Shown in pieces: positions 14,325-27,882 of a stretch of DNA of 64,000 nt. The DNA lies in NCBI GenBank assembly GCA_051294375.1, contig CM119270.1, forward strand, positions 4,968,152 through 5,032,151, in the 5' to 3' direction. A model generated the notes under the pieces. The model worked only from the letters and a program-made list of their open reading frames with translations. It had not been told where the DNA came from and ran no database searches. Position numbers and translations under genes: made by a program. The number at the start of each line of letters is the position of its first letter. Positions within the stretch are counted from its first letter, which is position 1. The DNA comes from Paraspadella gotoi. Lineage: Eukaryota > Animalia > Chaetognatha.

Positions 14325-14513
14325 TTTTAATCCCTTAATTTACCAGCTAACACGTAATTTAACCTTAAAACTAATTTACTCCAACCTAATTTACTCCAAC
14401 CCTAAGTGTTTAGCCTTCGAAACTAATATTACGGACTCAAATAGCCATAATTTACCTACTTAATTTACCCGCCTATATTTTTACTCTTAAACTAATTTAC
14501 CCTTAACCCTAAT
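14325..14513 (-). repeat. Reverse-orientation degenerate copy of the TTAGGG-containing minisatellite, running into the gap
   Basis: Repeated CTAATTTACTCCAACC/ACCCTAAT units, the reverse complement of the 8812-9350 unit. Confidence 0.65.
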
Positions 14514-14538
14514 NNNNNNNNNNNNNNNNNNNNNNNNN
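14514..14538. other. Assembly gap (25 N)
   Basis: Run of N. Confidence 1.
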
Positions 14539-15736
14539 AGAGAGTAGATATAGTTATTAGTAGCTGATTGCTTATTGAGATATCATATGTCAGAGAGAGC
14601 GTGCGCCACACTGGTGACTATTCGTGACTCTATCGACAGATTACTGTGATTATTATTATTAAATTTCTCTCGATAGAGATCGTTTTCTTTCGTTATGGGT
14701 GTATATCCATTTGGGCTGTCATTTGACTATAGTCGCTTTAAAAGATGCTTGTCATGGCTACATGCAATTCGATTCTACACTAGCGACTCGCTCGCACGTG
14801 GTCTTCTCTCTCACGTACAGCAGGGACTCAGGCTGCCCGTCCAGCTTCTCCGTGGCGCGTCTCGATGGCGCGGTTCTCGGAAGCTCTGGTCGTTGTCGCG
14901 CCCGAGGTGATCGAGGGGGCAGGGACGCAGCGGAGAAGGTCATCGGGATCGTCGGTTCAGCACTCCGGGCGATTTTTAAGATCGTGAGCGTGTCTTCACC
15001 CGATGGAGGACGAGAGGAGGAGGAGCGACACAAATGCGCGCACGGCGTATGACACCTTTCTGCGAGATCATCAGGACGCTACGACGTATCGGACGTAGAT
15101 TGCTGGCGGAGCGGGTAACAGGCGCCCGCCTGGGAAGGGCCCCGAGAAAAAAAGATGGCGGAGGCGGCGGGTTGGGGTCCGTTGGGGTCGGGTTGGGTCG
15201 GGTTGGGTCGGGTTTTGCGTGTGCGGGTGTGGGGTCGGGTTGGGGTCGGGTTGGGTCCGGGGGTTGGGTCGGTTTATGGATCGGGTTGGGTCAGGAAGGG
15301 AGAGAAAAGGTTGGCAAGTTCTGCAACTTCCGGATTTTTGATTAACTTGAATTGAACAAGTTTTTATATTTTTAAATGATACAGTTATTTTATCTTTAAA
15401 TGATACAGTATTGTGATATTTTTTTTCTAATTGCGCCAGATATTTTCGCTTATTCAACAAGTGGTACCTGCGGAAATGTTACTGCGGGTTATGCTAGTTT
15501 ATGTGACAGTACTACCTGGCGCACTCTTCGCATCTATGACTATGGATCCATACATATATTTAAAGCGAATTTACGACTTCGCGAATTTTAAAATAAAATG
15601 GAGTGTTAGATTAACTTCTTTCAGTTATTGGCGTCTTGCAAACCCAGAGTACATAGTAAAGGTTGAGAACGGTACTTGATAAGTCCCCGTCTTTTTCGTT
15701 TACATTTCCCTAATATCCACAAGTGATTGAAACCGA

Positions 15737-16388
15737 TTTGGAAGTGTTAGGCGCACCCAATTCGCCAGATAATCCTCGCTTACGTCCAAAAAGTGTTTTT
15801 GAATTTTTGATTCTCTTCCATGGAACAAGAAGCAGCGGCAAGAGAGCGTATAAGAGAGCAGTCAGAATGCCGAGCGCGGAACAGACAATTCGCTAAGATT
15901 TAAGTACGCTTTAGGAGGAAGAGGAGTGTTAACATGGTAAAGCATAGATTACTACAGTATCATACATTCGCAGAATGTATCGGAAATAAATTTAGATTTT
16001 TGAAATATTAACGAATTTCCGTAGTCTAGTATCAGCTTCCAGGTTTTTTAATTTTTTTTATTTGTTTGAAAGATAAATAGGAGCAATGACTAATAAATAA
16101 ATTAAAAAATGTTTAATAATTGACTCGTAATACTCCGCCTCCCTTTAAAAACCGGCGGAAGAAGGCAAAACGCCCGGGGAGATTTCTATCATTTGTTACC
16201 TTGAAAACAAATACAACAATTCTAATTAATATATTATTAATATGTTTTGATATGAATATTTTTTTTTTAAACAACATTATTTCAATCTCATAGTTTGAGA
16301 TTATCTCAGCCTGCAGCCAAATCCATCATGATGGTTTCCACAGCTCCGTACACAGCGGGACTGCGCGGCGCTGTTAAGAAGAAAGGGA

Positions 16389-16422
<34 letters not shown>

Positions 16423-17984
16423 AGAGAGAGAGAGAGAGATAGAGAGAGAGAGAGATAGCGAGTATACAGCGTTCCGACTTTCAGTATAACTGAAAAAAAT
16501 CTTTCACTTTATTAGCTTTCGTAATGTTATGCGAATTATTTTAGGCTCTGGTGGTTTTTGTAATCAGATTCCCTGACATGCACAAGAGCCAAAAAAGCCC
16601 CCCGCCAAAAAGTAAAAAAGAAAAAAAGGACAACCAAAATCAAAAGAATTAACAATTTTTATTAATAATATAAATATGGATAAAGTAATACTAATATCGA
16701 AATTGATGTTTCCATTCAGCAGTGCTTGCAAGCCGCCCAAATCTATATGCATCATGGTGTGGAAAAAGGCAACAGCATATCCGCAGAGAACAAACAAGCA
16801 TTCTTCTTAAAAGCGAAAAAAGAAGGAAAGATGACTCAAAAGTGACTCACCCAAGAAAACCCTACGCAACCGATGGCATCGCTGAGCATGTCGCCCAAAA
16901 TGGAAGGGAACGAGTTTCCGGCCGGAAAGTAAGCGTGGAATCTGTGGTAGTTGAGGTTAATTTGTTTATTTATTAAGTAGAAATAAAAGATATACTAATC
17001 TCTATTAGTCTCAATCAATATGATCAATCTTCATTGGTAACCTGAGTTATACCACTCTTCATTTCGAACCACCATTCAAGTGTTGGTACTGTTTACAATA
17101 CTCAAGATTCCTTCAAACCTGGGGTGTTGCCAGTGCGTGACTCCTGGCATGATCTTCCCTTCCACGTCCTTGAGAATGTCGTCCCAGGATTCTCCGACCC
17201 TCGGGGCTTCGGGGGGCAAAAGGGTTCGCAGGTAACCCGGTTCGACCTCTGGGGTCACGCGTCGGGTGCTGGAGTGAGATGGGGTTTTTTTTTCTCATCT
17301 TACTTAGCTCATCTGATATTATTCAAATTTACCACGATGTAGTAAAAACATTGTGTGCATTGTGCAGGTAATCTAAGAAGTACATCGTCAATAAGTTCAT
17401 CTCTTACTCACTTGATGTTGTGCAGGTAATCTATGATGTAGTCCACCATTTCGTATCCTCTCTTCCTGAATTCTTCAGGATCCATTTTTCCGTAGTTTCC
17501 TGCGTCGTCATCGTCGTCGTCTTCTTCTCTCGGTCCGTTAGCCTCGTTCTCAGCTTGCGCTGAAGCTGTTAAGAAAGAAACGAGACCTGTGTGGCGCCTC
17601 ACGTCCAGCATCCTTCAGCCAAATCCATTGGCTCTGAGGGGGAACACACCATCCCAGGCGTAGTGTTCCATCCACAGTCCTAACGACTTCCCTCTGCGTT
17701 GGCAAAGCGAGACCGTCCTAGGGTAACCGCGCCAGTGACTGAAGGCGTCACCGAGGGTCGGAAGTCCCTAAAGCCAACAGTTAGATGCCCCATCCCAATG
17801 GGCATCACAGGCAACCCGGCTGTTGCCATACCAGCCAAGATTTGTCCATAATAGTTATATTGGTAACACAAGTTTTGTTTATCCTACAAAACTTATTGTC
17901 TCACTCACCATTTTCTCCTCGCGCGCGTTCGATCTTTTGTTTAATTTTGAGTCGATCCAAATCTGCGGTCAATTGCGTTGTCAT
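15737..17984 (-). CDS. Tdc: Aromatic L-amino-acid decarboxylase family (PLP group II), tyrosine decarboxylase-like; 5' portion, exons 1-7
   Basis: In-phase GT-AG exons: 17984-17909 ([25 protein letters not shown]), 17565-17412 (..[24 protein letters not shown]), 17268-17119 ([29 protein letters not shown]) and 16941-16851 ([31 protein letters not shown]). These are followed by indel-damaged exons at ~16370-16308 (AASPACTELETIMMDWL), ~16200-16125 and ~15875-15737. The motifs [14 protein letters not shown] and PFVDEGVYLGKL resemble invertebrate TDC more than DDC or HDC. Confidence 0.88.
17684..17830 (-). ncRNA. Structured intronic repeat (candidate ncRNA/ribozyme or retroelement 5' UTR remnant), copy in Tdc intron 1
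   Basis: Homologous to 33367-33505. Contains hairpins GGCAAC/GTTGCC, GATGCCC/GGGCATC and CGGTGAC/GTCACTG, plus a long-range GACTTCC..CCCTC/GAGGGAAGTC pairing. Confidence 0.4.
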
Positions 17985-18648
17985 GGCGACAAATCGATCT
18001 GATGATAAGCAACAAGTTTAAGAGAAAGCGGAATGAATAAAATATAAGGACAAAACTGAAAACTAATCAATACTGACAAATACTGGGGAATTCAGTGGCT
18101 CCACTACGACCATAACAAAATCTACATCCCGTGAACAAGATGGAGGCAAAGAACAAAAGATATTAGACTTAAGAAAATTATAAGTATTTACTTCAAATTG
18201 ATTTAAACAAAAAGGTTTTGGGTGAGTAAGGATTAGCGCTAAGCTACTTTCTCTCAATCAATTTCCGGGCGACAAAATTTCGAACGAAAAACTTTTTCGA
18301 GAATTTCTTAAATAATTTGGAAAGTTTATAATCCTGCCTCATGTAATTATTAGAATCCCGCTTAAACATCTTCCCTTTCCAGTTGACGGGTTTAAATCCT
18401 TTTTCTTGTCAAACGATTTGCATCAGAAACGAGGATTTCAAGCGAAACTCAAAACTTTAGTCAAAACTTAATTTTAAGTCAAAACGTGGAAAGAGGCGAC
18501 CCTCGCCTTAAAGTGCAGCCAAGCGAATCTCAGCGTCGTTTTCATAAAATGGCGAACACGATCTCCTCCAGTTTCCTTTTTTCCTCGTGATGGGAAAATC
18601 CATACAGAGTGCGTCCAACAAGTAAGAGAGAGAGGGGAGAGAGAGAGA

Positions 18649-18724
<76 letters not shown>

Positions 18725-18805
18725 GCCTCGAGAGCAGGTCCTTCTGCCGACGTAATATTGCTCACAAAAAAAAACAATATCGCTTCGGTTGGAGGTAGAA
18801 GGCAG

Positions 18806-18837
<32 letters not shown>

Positions 18838-19759
18838 AGAGATAGAGATTCTCTACCATGCCTCCTCCTTAATATATTTTTTTCTCATCGGAATATCATT
18901 ACTCAAATCGGTGAAATAGGACTTGGCGAGAGAAATGGAATAGAGAAGAAAGAGAAAGAAAAACAGTTTTTTAAATTAAAAAAAAGGAATAACAAAAGAC
19001 AAGAGAATCGTAATCCTTATTCGCCTCCAGAGTGCCATCAATCTGCTTAATCGAAGATGTTTTAATATTCGAGCCATCGAGACGCGAGACGGGGCCATGG
19101 AGAACTCGTCTTAGTGACACGATGATTTCAAAGTCTCAATCAGTGACGTAGAATCTAAACCGAAAAGATCTCGTGGGGACCACAACCTCGTCCACGACGA
19201 CCACAACTTAAACGCCCACCGTCACAACGACAACTACGGCGTCTCCCGGCGATGAGGACGACGATAACAGAGAAACGGAAAACGTGGGCGCGCCCGAGAG
19301 TTGACGTCATAAAACCTAAACGACTTCCGGTTCATCGAATCGAGACGAAGTTCGTAAAGAGACAAAAGTATATTGATCGGATTGTGTCGACGACGGCGGT
19401 TGACGATGACGGACGACGATGACGACGGACGAACGTCGAAGTCATAGGAGTTGAAAAATAGCAAGGCTGACACATGCGCATCAAAGAATGAGGCAAAAGG
19501 GCGAGGGGACTTAATTTACGCATTAATGTCATCTAAACGATGACATAAGTTATCAAAGTCACATATCTTGTGAGTTTGATGGAGGCCTTAAACCACCAAA
19601 GCCTGTCCATTGTCCAAAGACAATGACAAAATAGGTTATTTATTAAATGAATGGATAATTTTTATAATGGTTGTACCGATTTCTTGAGACAAAATTTAAA
19701 AAGTATCAAAGGTACAATCAAATATTATCAACGTTGTTGCAGATGTCATAAAAGACTAA

Positions 19760-20240
19760 GTCAAAAGGAAGAAACATAAATCCCAATTATCATCAAAAAC
19801 AAATTCAAATATTAATCATCGATGGTTAAAGAAAAATGTCGTCAAAGATAAAATAAAAAACACCAGAGATAAATTTAAATGCTTTAAAAGACTAAGCAAA
19901 ATATCAAGTCAAATGTAATAAAGAGTCAAGACAAATAACAAGCAAGTCAAAGCCTAAGACCACCTACAGCATAAGGGTCAAGCCAAATGTGATCAACGAC
20001 AAAGACAAATTTCATTAAAGACAAAGTCAAATGTCATCAACGAATAAGTCAAATGTCATCAAAGACAAAGTTAAATGTCATGAAAGACAAAGTCAAATGG
20101 CATCAAACACAAAACCAAATGACATCAAAGACAAAACAAAATGTCATCTAAGTCAAAGTCAAATGACATCAAAGTCAAAGTCAAATGACATCAAAGTCAA
20201 AGCCAAATGTCTCCAAAGACAAAGTCAAATGTCATCAAGA
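19760..20240. repeat. 22-bp minisatellite (GTCAAATGTCATCAAAGACAAA)n
   Basis: Clear copies at 20025-20240, decaying leftwards. Confidence 0.88.
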
Positions 20241-20744
20241 TCGAAGTGTAGGAACCAATCTGATTGCTATGCTGATTCCGTCATCAATCCCCTTAATCGA
20301 CTGGGCCTCGATCTTCCAGGCTTTACGACTTTGCATTAACTTCATCGCCGCCACTGATACCCATTGATAACTTCTCAATGACAACTCCTGTCTTTTGCGA
20401 CGGCACAAATGCTCCCATGTTCAAAAATACTTTTTTGAGTATTTTTTAAAAAAATTCATTGTGATATAAATCCTTTCTTTTCGTTGTTTGGGACGATTAG
20501 AGACAGTTTGAGTTTAGTTTTGACAACGATTTTATTTAATTCAACTAAACTCAAACTGTCTCTAAAAAAAATTCATTAAATTAATAAACGATGTTGTCTT
20601 AAATATACGGAGTATAGCTTAAAAAGTTGATGAAAAAATGATACAGGCCTATGAAGTTTTACGTAATTTTACTTTACACTAGAGTAAATTTTCAAAATTC
20701 ATCGTAAATACTATGGTGGACTAAAATCCACCAACCGTTCATCG

Positions 20745-20915
20745 GTCAAGTCATTCGCCTCCCAACCCAAAGGTCCGGGGTTCTTGCCCGGTGGTCGCCT
20801 AGCAGTTATGAGGGACGGGGCGCTTAACCCGCCTGTAACACGGTGTTAGAGCCTGATCCGAAGCTCAGGGACTGCTTATATTGAACGGTTATGTCATTAA
20901 TACATAACAATAATT
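20745..20915 (+). mobile_element. tRNA-derived SINE-like repeat, copy 2 (5'-truncated)
   Basis: GTCATTCGCCTCCCAACCCAAAGGTCCGGGGTTCTTGCCCGG...CTCAGGGACTGCTTATATTGAA is shared with 11270-11405 and ends in an AAT-rich tail. Confidence 0.6.
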
Positions 20916-22166
20916 ACTGTCTCTTCAATACCTAGATTCGTAGATTTTCAATCATTAATAAATTAAGTATAATTTTTTCATGAAATTTTAAAAAAAATAT
21001 TTATTTAAAATTTAAGAAATTGCGTATGAAGACCCATTTTTAAAGGTTTATTTCCTTTTTTTAAACAATATTAATTTGATTAAAAGAGCAACATAACCGA
21101 GAAAAAAAATAATCTTTTCGAAATGGGGAAATATTAAGGTTATATTTAATATAAAATGGGTACAACCAATATTAAAATTATCCATTTTTACTTGAACCTC
21201 GATTGCTCGCGGAGAGGTGCAGATCCAACCATAAGACCTTGTTTTATATTAACACTAATCTAATGATCAGCACGGAATGATGTACGGTATCTTGTGTTGT
21301 GTAGTTGCTTTCTTTATTTCCAGACGACAACACTAACGTCCGCACCAAAATAATTTAAACCAATAAAAACAAATACAAAAAATAAATAAAATTGTAAATA
21401 TTAAATATTCTAAAATCTAAAAAAACTATAAATGTGGAACAAGTAATTTTGCAATCTTCATAAGACGAAAATAAATTCAGTACAACCCCTTGAAATTGGG
21501 TGCCCCGTTTTAAATAGATTTTGTCAGACTTAAACTGAGTCCGATATGATAAAACAGAAAAATGTAAATAACTCTTAAAAGTTAAACAAATTGATAGTGA
21601 AGCAGTGATGAGAAAATATCGATCAAACATTTCTAGGAATTCGAAAAGATTAGCCAAATTAACGTAGTGATTCATAACAAATGCAGAACTGTAAAATTAG
21701 AAAAGATCTTTAACATTTTTTAAAATTCTAATACAGAAAATTCCATCGTTGCATAAAAAACAAACAAATCAAGTACTCATCACTGCTCTCGGTAATTTTG
21801 ACCAGAAAAGATATTTAATAAATTAATACAAAATAGATAAAGTCGAAATAGACGTCAAAATGCAAAAAAACAAAAACAAAACAAAAAAAAACAACAAAAA
21901 AAAACAACAAAAAAATCAAATACTGAAAAGGTAAGTGAGCGAATTCGCCAAGTCACTCACCATCGACAGACGCGACGTCTTCGGCCGAAGGAAAGACGAA
22001 GTTTCGAGCGGCGCTGAATTTAAAGTCGGAAAGATGGAAAGAAAGAAAGAAGGAAAGAAGGAAAGAAAGAATGATGGAAAGAAGAAATAAATGCGACAAA
22101 GTTGCGACGAGGGAAGGGAGGAGTTTTGTGAGGATGAGGAGGTGACTGAGGAGGAAAGGGAGGAAA

Positions 22167-22191
22167 NNNNNNNNNNNNNNNNNNNNNNNNN
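22167..22191. other. Assembly gap (25 N)
   Basis: Run of N. Confidence 1.
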
Positions 22192-23406
22192 TTTTGTTTC
22201 TAAACCAACAAATTCTAAAATATAAGGATTCCTAAGCACTTAAGAATTTTGGGTTGATGAATTTCCTATTATTTTTATATTTTTTTTATGTGATGCACGC
22301 TTTACCGCGCGCGGTGATTAGTCGTGGACCAGTTGTAAACGTTGATTCGAATTTTCTCTCTTTGTCATTTGAGATGTTCTTGTTGGCTATTTTAAATTTA
22401 AATCCGCGCGGCGATGTCTGGATTGTTTTTTTGTTTTTTTGTTTTTTTTTGTTTTTTTTATTTTTTTTTTCTCTAACACAAAAAACCAAATTGCTACTCT
22501 TTGAAAAATCCGAGAAAATGTTATTTTTTTCTCTTTTTCAGGCGGGTGGAGATGGAAAAAGTTTACCTATCTAAGTCATGTATATATAACTATCAGTGAT
22601 AATTTATCACCAAATGTTATATCATGTATTCATCATTGTCCAATTGATTTGAACAATAAAGTAAATGTTTGTAATCTTTTTTAGACTTTTTATTGGAGAA
22701 TTCGTGGTGAAAATTAGTCCGTGCCACTCTTTGCCCTTTAGCTATAATCTATTCTGTTAAGGCATCTGTTAAAGTTCATTAGATTATTTCATTTGTGTGC
22801 TAATTTTTCTCTTCCAGTTTTCTCATTTTCTTTATTTTTTCATGAAAATGAACATACAATATGCACATAAAGTTAAAGTTTTATTTAACAGTGAAAGAAA
22901 ATAATATTATTAAAAAGAAGATAAATAGAAGAGAAATTAAACGTAAATTTCTCAAACGTATATACCACCAGTTGTAACAGCAGTTGTACCAATTTCATAA
23001 AATCCAGCTCCTTGTATTTTGATGCTAGCGATGAGTATTCTCCGATCTAATACTTTAAGGGAGTGGTCTTCTTTGAAATATAACCACTTCGTTGATAAGG
23101 AAGCCAGGTAATTGGGAGAATGAAAATGAAACTGTGTGAGAGTCTTGATTAAAAGCTTGCAGGGACCTGCTATGTTATTATCTTGTAAGAGTGATGAGGA
23201 CTTAAACCACCAAAGCTTATTTATTAAATGAATGGATAATTTTTTATTGGTTTACAAATTCATAAGGAACGTGATAGCAACATGAAATACTCACATAGGT
23301 CAACTCTTATGAACTAAATAGTATCTACTATATATTTTTGTTTCTGCATATGTAAACGTAACAGGTGACTTCTGACATTCCAGCAACTAAAGGTTAATTT
23401 TGTTAA

Positions 23407-26400
23407 TTATACATTCGTTTTTTTTATTGTATGTTATTTGTTTTCTACGCTGAGAATCGAGAAAGGCGACAAATATCGTGTCGCTCGACCGACTAAAAAA
23501 TATTGAAGTCGGAGTACTTGACCTGTGAATCCTGTACTGTGATTCGGGCAAGTAATGGCCCAAGTAATTTATTCATAGAATTTCTTTCCCAAAACTCTGT
23601 TGAGGGGATTCATGGTGTCCATCAGCAACGGGGCTTGTTTGGGGCGGAAGCAAGTAAGCGTTGGCCGCAGCGTGCTGAGCGTATTCGGTTTGGTGGTTTC
23701 CAGGTGAGGCAGCAAGTCGACCTTGGGGATCCGTAGTCGATGAAACAGGCCCCGTAAATTTCTTGCCAAGGGTTACAATGTTTGCTTTTAAAATCTTTCA
23801 GGTAAAAATTAGATGAGTTTACATATCGTTTTAGGTATAAACAAGATCGGTCCATCCCATGTGTTGGACGTCTTCTTTTCACGTGTATTTCCCTGTAATC
23901 ACATGACTCTAGGGAGATTTATGTGACTAAAAGTATGAAACACATGTACAAGAAGCATTTAGTAATGTCGTACCAGTCTGCAAGTATTAATAAAATAACT
24001 TTCTAAGCCGTGTATTTATGATAAGTACTGCATTGGGATTCCATCTTTTATTCTTTATAGTTTTATGATTTCCTGATTTTAGTTTTTTTATAATTCTCTA
24101 TAATTCACTTTGTCGGTCCGTCGGTCCGCCCCCTCAATATTGTCGGGCATCACTTATATCATGTCAGAACATCAAAATTATGATAAATTATGCAAAAAAA
24201 ACGATATCCGTCCGTCCGCCGTCCCACCTGAGCAAAAAAAACAATTACTCGTGATTGGATGGATGGATTGAATGATATTTTGTATGTGAGTAGGGAAGTG
24301 TGTGATTGAGCTGTATATGAAGTTTCGATGGAATCGTCCGAGTGGAAATGAGTTTAAATGAAAAAATAAAAAAATATACTTCACTATTTGAACACCAATT
24401 ACTTATGAGTGGATAGGGCGATTGCCTTGAAATTTTGTATTTGGGTAGAAAGAGTGTGTGATTAAACTGGAAATCAAGTTCGATGAATCGTTTGAGTGGA
24501 AATGAGTTTAAAATAGAAAAAAACAAAGAACCTATTTCACTAATTGATTATGCTTCTTTTTCTTTTTATTTTTAAATGTAAATGCAAGATGTATTAATTA
24601 ATCAAATAATTAATCAGTTAATTAATAAATTAGTCAATTAATTAATCAATAATTAATTAATCAGTCAATTAATCAGTCAAAACAAACATTTCTGATCAAA
24701 TTAATTAATTAATTGTCTAATTAATTAAATAATTAACTTGAATAAATTAATTATTAATTAATTAAATAATTAATTAACTTGAATTAATTATTAATTAATG
24801 ATTAATGGGCAGATCCGACATTGTTGCTCAAACTTGTTCTGTTTTAACAAATGAGCAAATAAGAAAATGAACAAATAAGCGAGTTATAATCATTTTTAAT
24901 GTAAGTGGACAGACCAATCGACAGACATACCGACCGACCAACAGAAAGTGAAAGTGAATTATAGAATATAGAGTTGCTCCGCGAGTACTCGGGGCGCACT
25001 AAAAAAAAACAATGCATAAACTTTACGCTAAAGTGTTAAAAACTTTAAGTGTACCTACTAAAATAGTAACGTTGTACGCAAATTTGTTGTACAACTTTAT
25101 AAAGTCGGTTTTAGAAAAGATTTTCACAGCTGGCTACCAGTTCATAGAAGGAATTGCCAAAAGTGATAAGTGTTATTTCTGCGTTACAAACAATTTCATA
25201 AAAAGAGCAAAATCTTCTGGAACAAATAATCCAAACAGTTAGAAACTCAAATTCAACGAGTCCGGTTTTAAGCTTTTAATCCATCCAGAAAAGTCAGAAT
25301 ACGTCTTTGGATCGTCAATTTCTTTTGGCAATGAAATTCGCAAACAATTTCTCCGTTTTTGGAACGTACTCCTTTAACCGCTATAGTACGTTGTTCGTTA
25401 GCATTGCTAGCAACAATTTGGCACATATTTTTAGGTGTTTATTGTAGTTTTAAATAATGTTAAATGAGGTCGACTTACCAATTCATGACCTTTAAAAAGA
25501 CCTTTTGAATAATCCAGTTTGCTGTTAGGTAAAATGTAATAATAAGATTCTTGTTGGATTCGGTTGAGATGTTCCACTTTCGCAGGAACATTTCCGGAAC
25601 ATCCTTCATGGTAACATTCGTGAATTTCGCCTGCTGTGATTCCTCCAAAAAGATTGCTCCCGTGGCTAAATATCTTGCGTAACCTATTCTGTCAGCCTCG
25701 TGACTCATCAGCGATATTGGCGCGAGTTTGCTGCTTCCACACGAAAGAGGCGATCCGCTTCTCTCCAAACGTTGAAAGGTCTTCCGACGCGCAGCCAATA
25801 ATTCAATATATAGACGACGTTTGCTTCTGCAAAAGACCACAATGATTACGATTTAAATTTAATGATTAAATCTGTTGTCGGGCATTAAGTTCACCCTGCC
25901 TATAAGCGTGAGACCTTCAGTCGTGACCCGGTGGCTCATTGAGTAAAGCCATGAGCTCATGACCACTAGGTACGGGTTCAATCCCAACCTTGTATCTACC
26001 CTGCAGGAGGCGTAAGGACTGCCGTAAACTGACTAGGCTTGCATAGAAAATCATAGCAAGTGCATAGAAAATCGGCAAGCCTGATTTTAAGCCCAGGACC
26101 AGTTCCATTGCGACCACTTCATTGTTAGGGAAGCCAGGTTCACTGAGAGTGAAATAAAATGAGACGTGAGAGAGTCTTGATTGAAAGCTTGCAGGGCTTA
26201 CTATGTCATTATCTTGTAAGAGTGATGGAGGCCTTAACCACCAAAGCCTGTCCAAAGTCAGGGGCGAAGATAGCTTAGTTAATAATGAATGGATAATTTT
26301 TATTTGGTTGTACCAATTTCACAGAATTTACGGATAGTAGTTTTTAGCCAACTTAAGAGTTTTTATCCACAAATCGATCAATTTAGTGTCAAACACACCG

Positions 26401-27591
26401 CCCTCTGCGTTGGCAAAGCAAGAGCATCCTTGGGTAACCGCGCCAGTGACAGGAGGCGCCACTGAGGGTCGGTAGCCCCCTCAATGAGATGCCCCATCCC
26501 AATGGGCATCACAGGCAACCGCGGCTGTTACCATAAGAGGCGAGCCCTTCAATTTCCTAGCTTAGAACTTCGGAATTGACAGTAATCCGCCACTACAAGT
26601 AAATAGACGTCCCGTTCCGCTTACTAACATTTCCAGCTATGTGGCGGTAACCCAGGGCCGCTTGGTATAAGAAGAAATGCTCGCTCTTACGCCAGCGGGG
26701 TCGGGTTGGCCGTAATTTGGCGCGGGACCTTAGTTAATGTGTTGCCACATTCTTACCTCTGCTTTCCTTCATCGCCGTCTCGCAACATGACCGAAATTCT
26801 ACCCAAGTCGTTTCGTTCCATTTTGTCGAAAACATGACTTGCAGAATGCTCCTCTCTCGACAATCCGCTTTCATCATTTCGTAGACGACGAATTTTTGGG
26901 CGACGACGACGGGCGACATATCGACGCGACGAATTTCAAACTCGACGCCGCGTCTCCGCCTTCCTCAACTCGGTCATGATGAGTTGTTGAAGGTTGAGAA
27001 ATCCGACGGAGACGATCGTCGCACCCTTTTCCATCATGACCTCCTCCACGGGTAAGTTCTTCATGAAGAGAAAGTGATGTCGCCGTAGTGGAATCGCATC
27101 CTCGTCGAACGGGACGAGGTCTCCGAATCGCGGTTCGTTGTTGAGGAAAGCGGCGAAGGCGTCGTCGCCTATTTGAGAATTGGCGCCAACGGCCTTTCGG
27201 ATTGGAGGCTGATCTCTTAGGACAAATCGAAGATCAAGGCTTCTTTGCTGCTCGTTGCTACGAGGTCGTTGTGGAGATATTTACGTTGGTATTTAATCTG
27301 TTGAAGTTTTCCCGGTCCTTTGGAAGGACTTTTTGTATTCCATGGGTAGTTGAAGAGCTCTTGCATTTGGGATCCTGGACGATCGAATTGAGACGTTGGC
27401 AATTTGGTTTGTGTCGTCGCCATTGCCGCGCCTGAACATGTTTTGCCGCAATACTGAGCAACTTTGCAGCGGGAACATGACAGAAGTTGTTTCGATGCGC
27501 CGCTGCACTCGGGGGGGGATTGCCGCACGACTTGCTTGGTTCCACGAAGGTGATGACTCCTACGATGTTTGAAAACTGCTTGATTCGCCAT
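23407..27591 (-). pseudogene. Frameshifted mirror copy of the zf-MYND gene
   Basis: Reverse complement of 32311-36478 with many 1-2 nt indels. ORF fragments MANQAV.., CSRCKVAQYCGKTC and QEIYGACFIDYGS lie in shifting frames. It may be a low-quality consensus rather than a true pseudogene. Confidence 0.75.
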
Positions 27592-27809
27592 TGAAAAGTA
27601 ATTGGTAAGCAGCGAAAAACCACCGATAGTTGGATTCCACTGTTGTTACGAAAAAACTGGTTCGTCAAAAGTGGTTGTCAAAAATTGTCTCGAAATATTT
27701 ATATTTCCTTAGATCGAATTCCCAGATAAGATTGACAGTGAATATGAATAGAAATGAAAGTACCCGATTTCTCAAAATACTAATTTCTCAGAAATATTTA
27801 ACTTTAGAT

Positions 27810-27882
<73 letters not shown>

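Noticed and set aside
5677-16225. LTR retrotransposon bounded by ~910-bp direct repeats
   Set aside because: The repeats are Tdc exon/intron sequence and lack TG..CA ends. No gag/pol is recognisable between them, and a gap intervenes.
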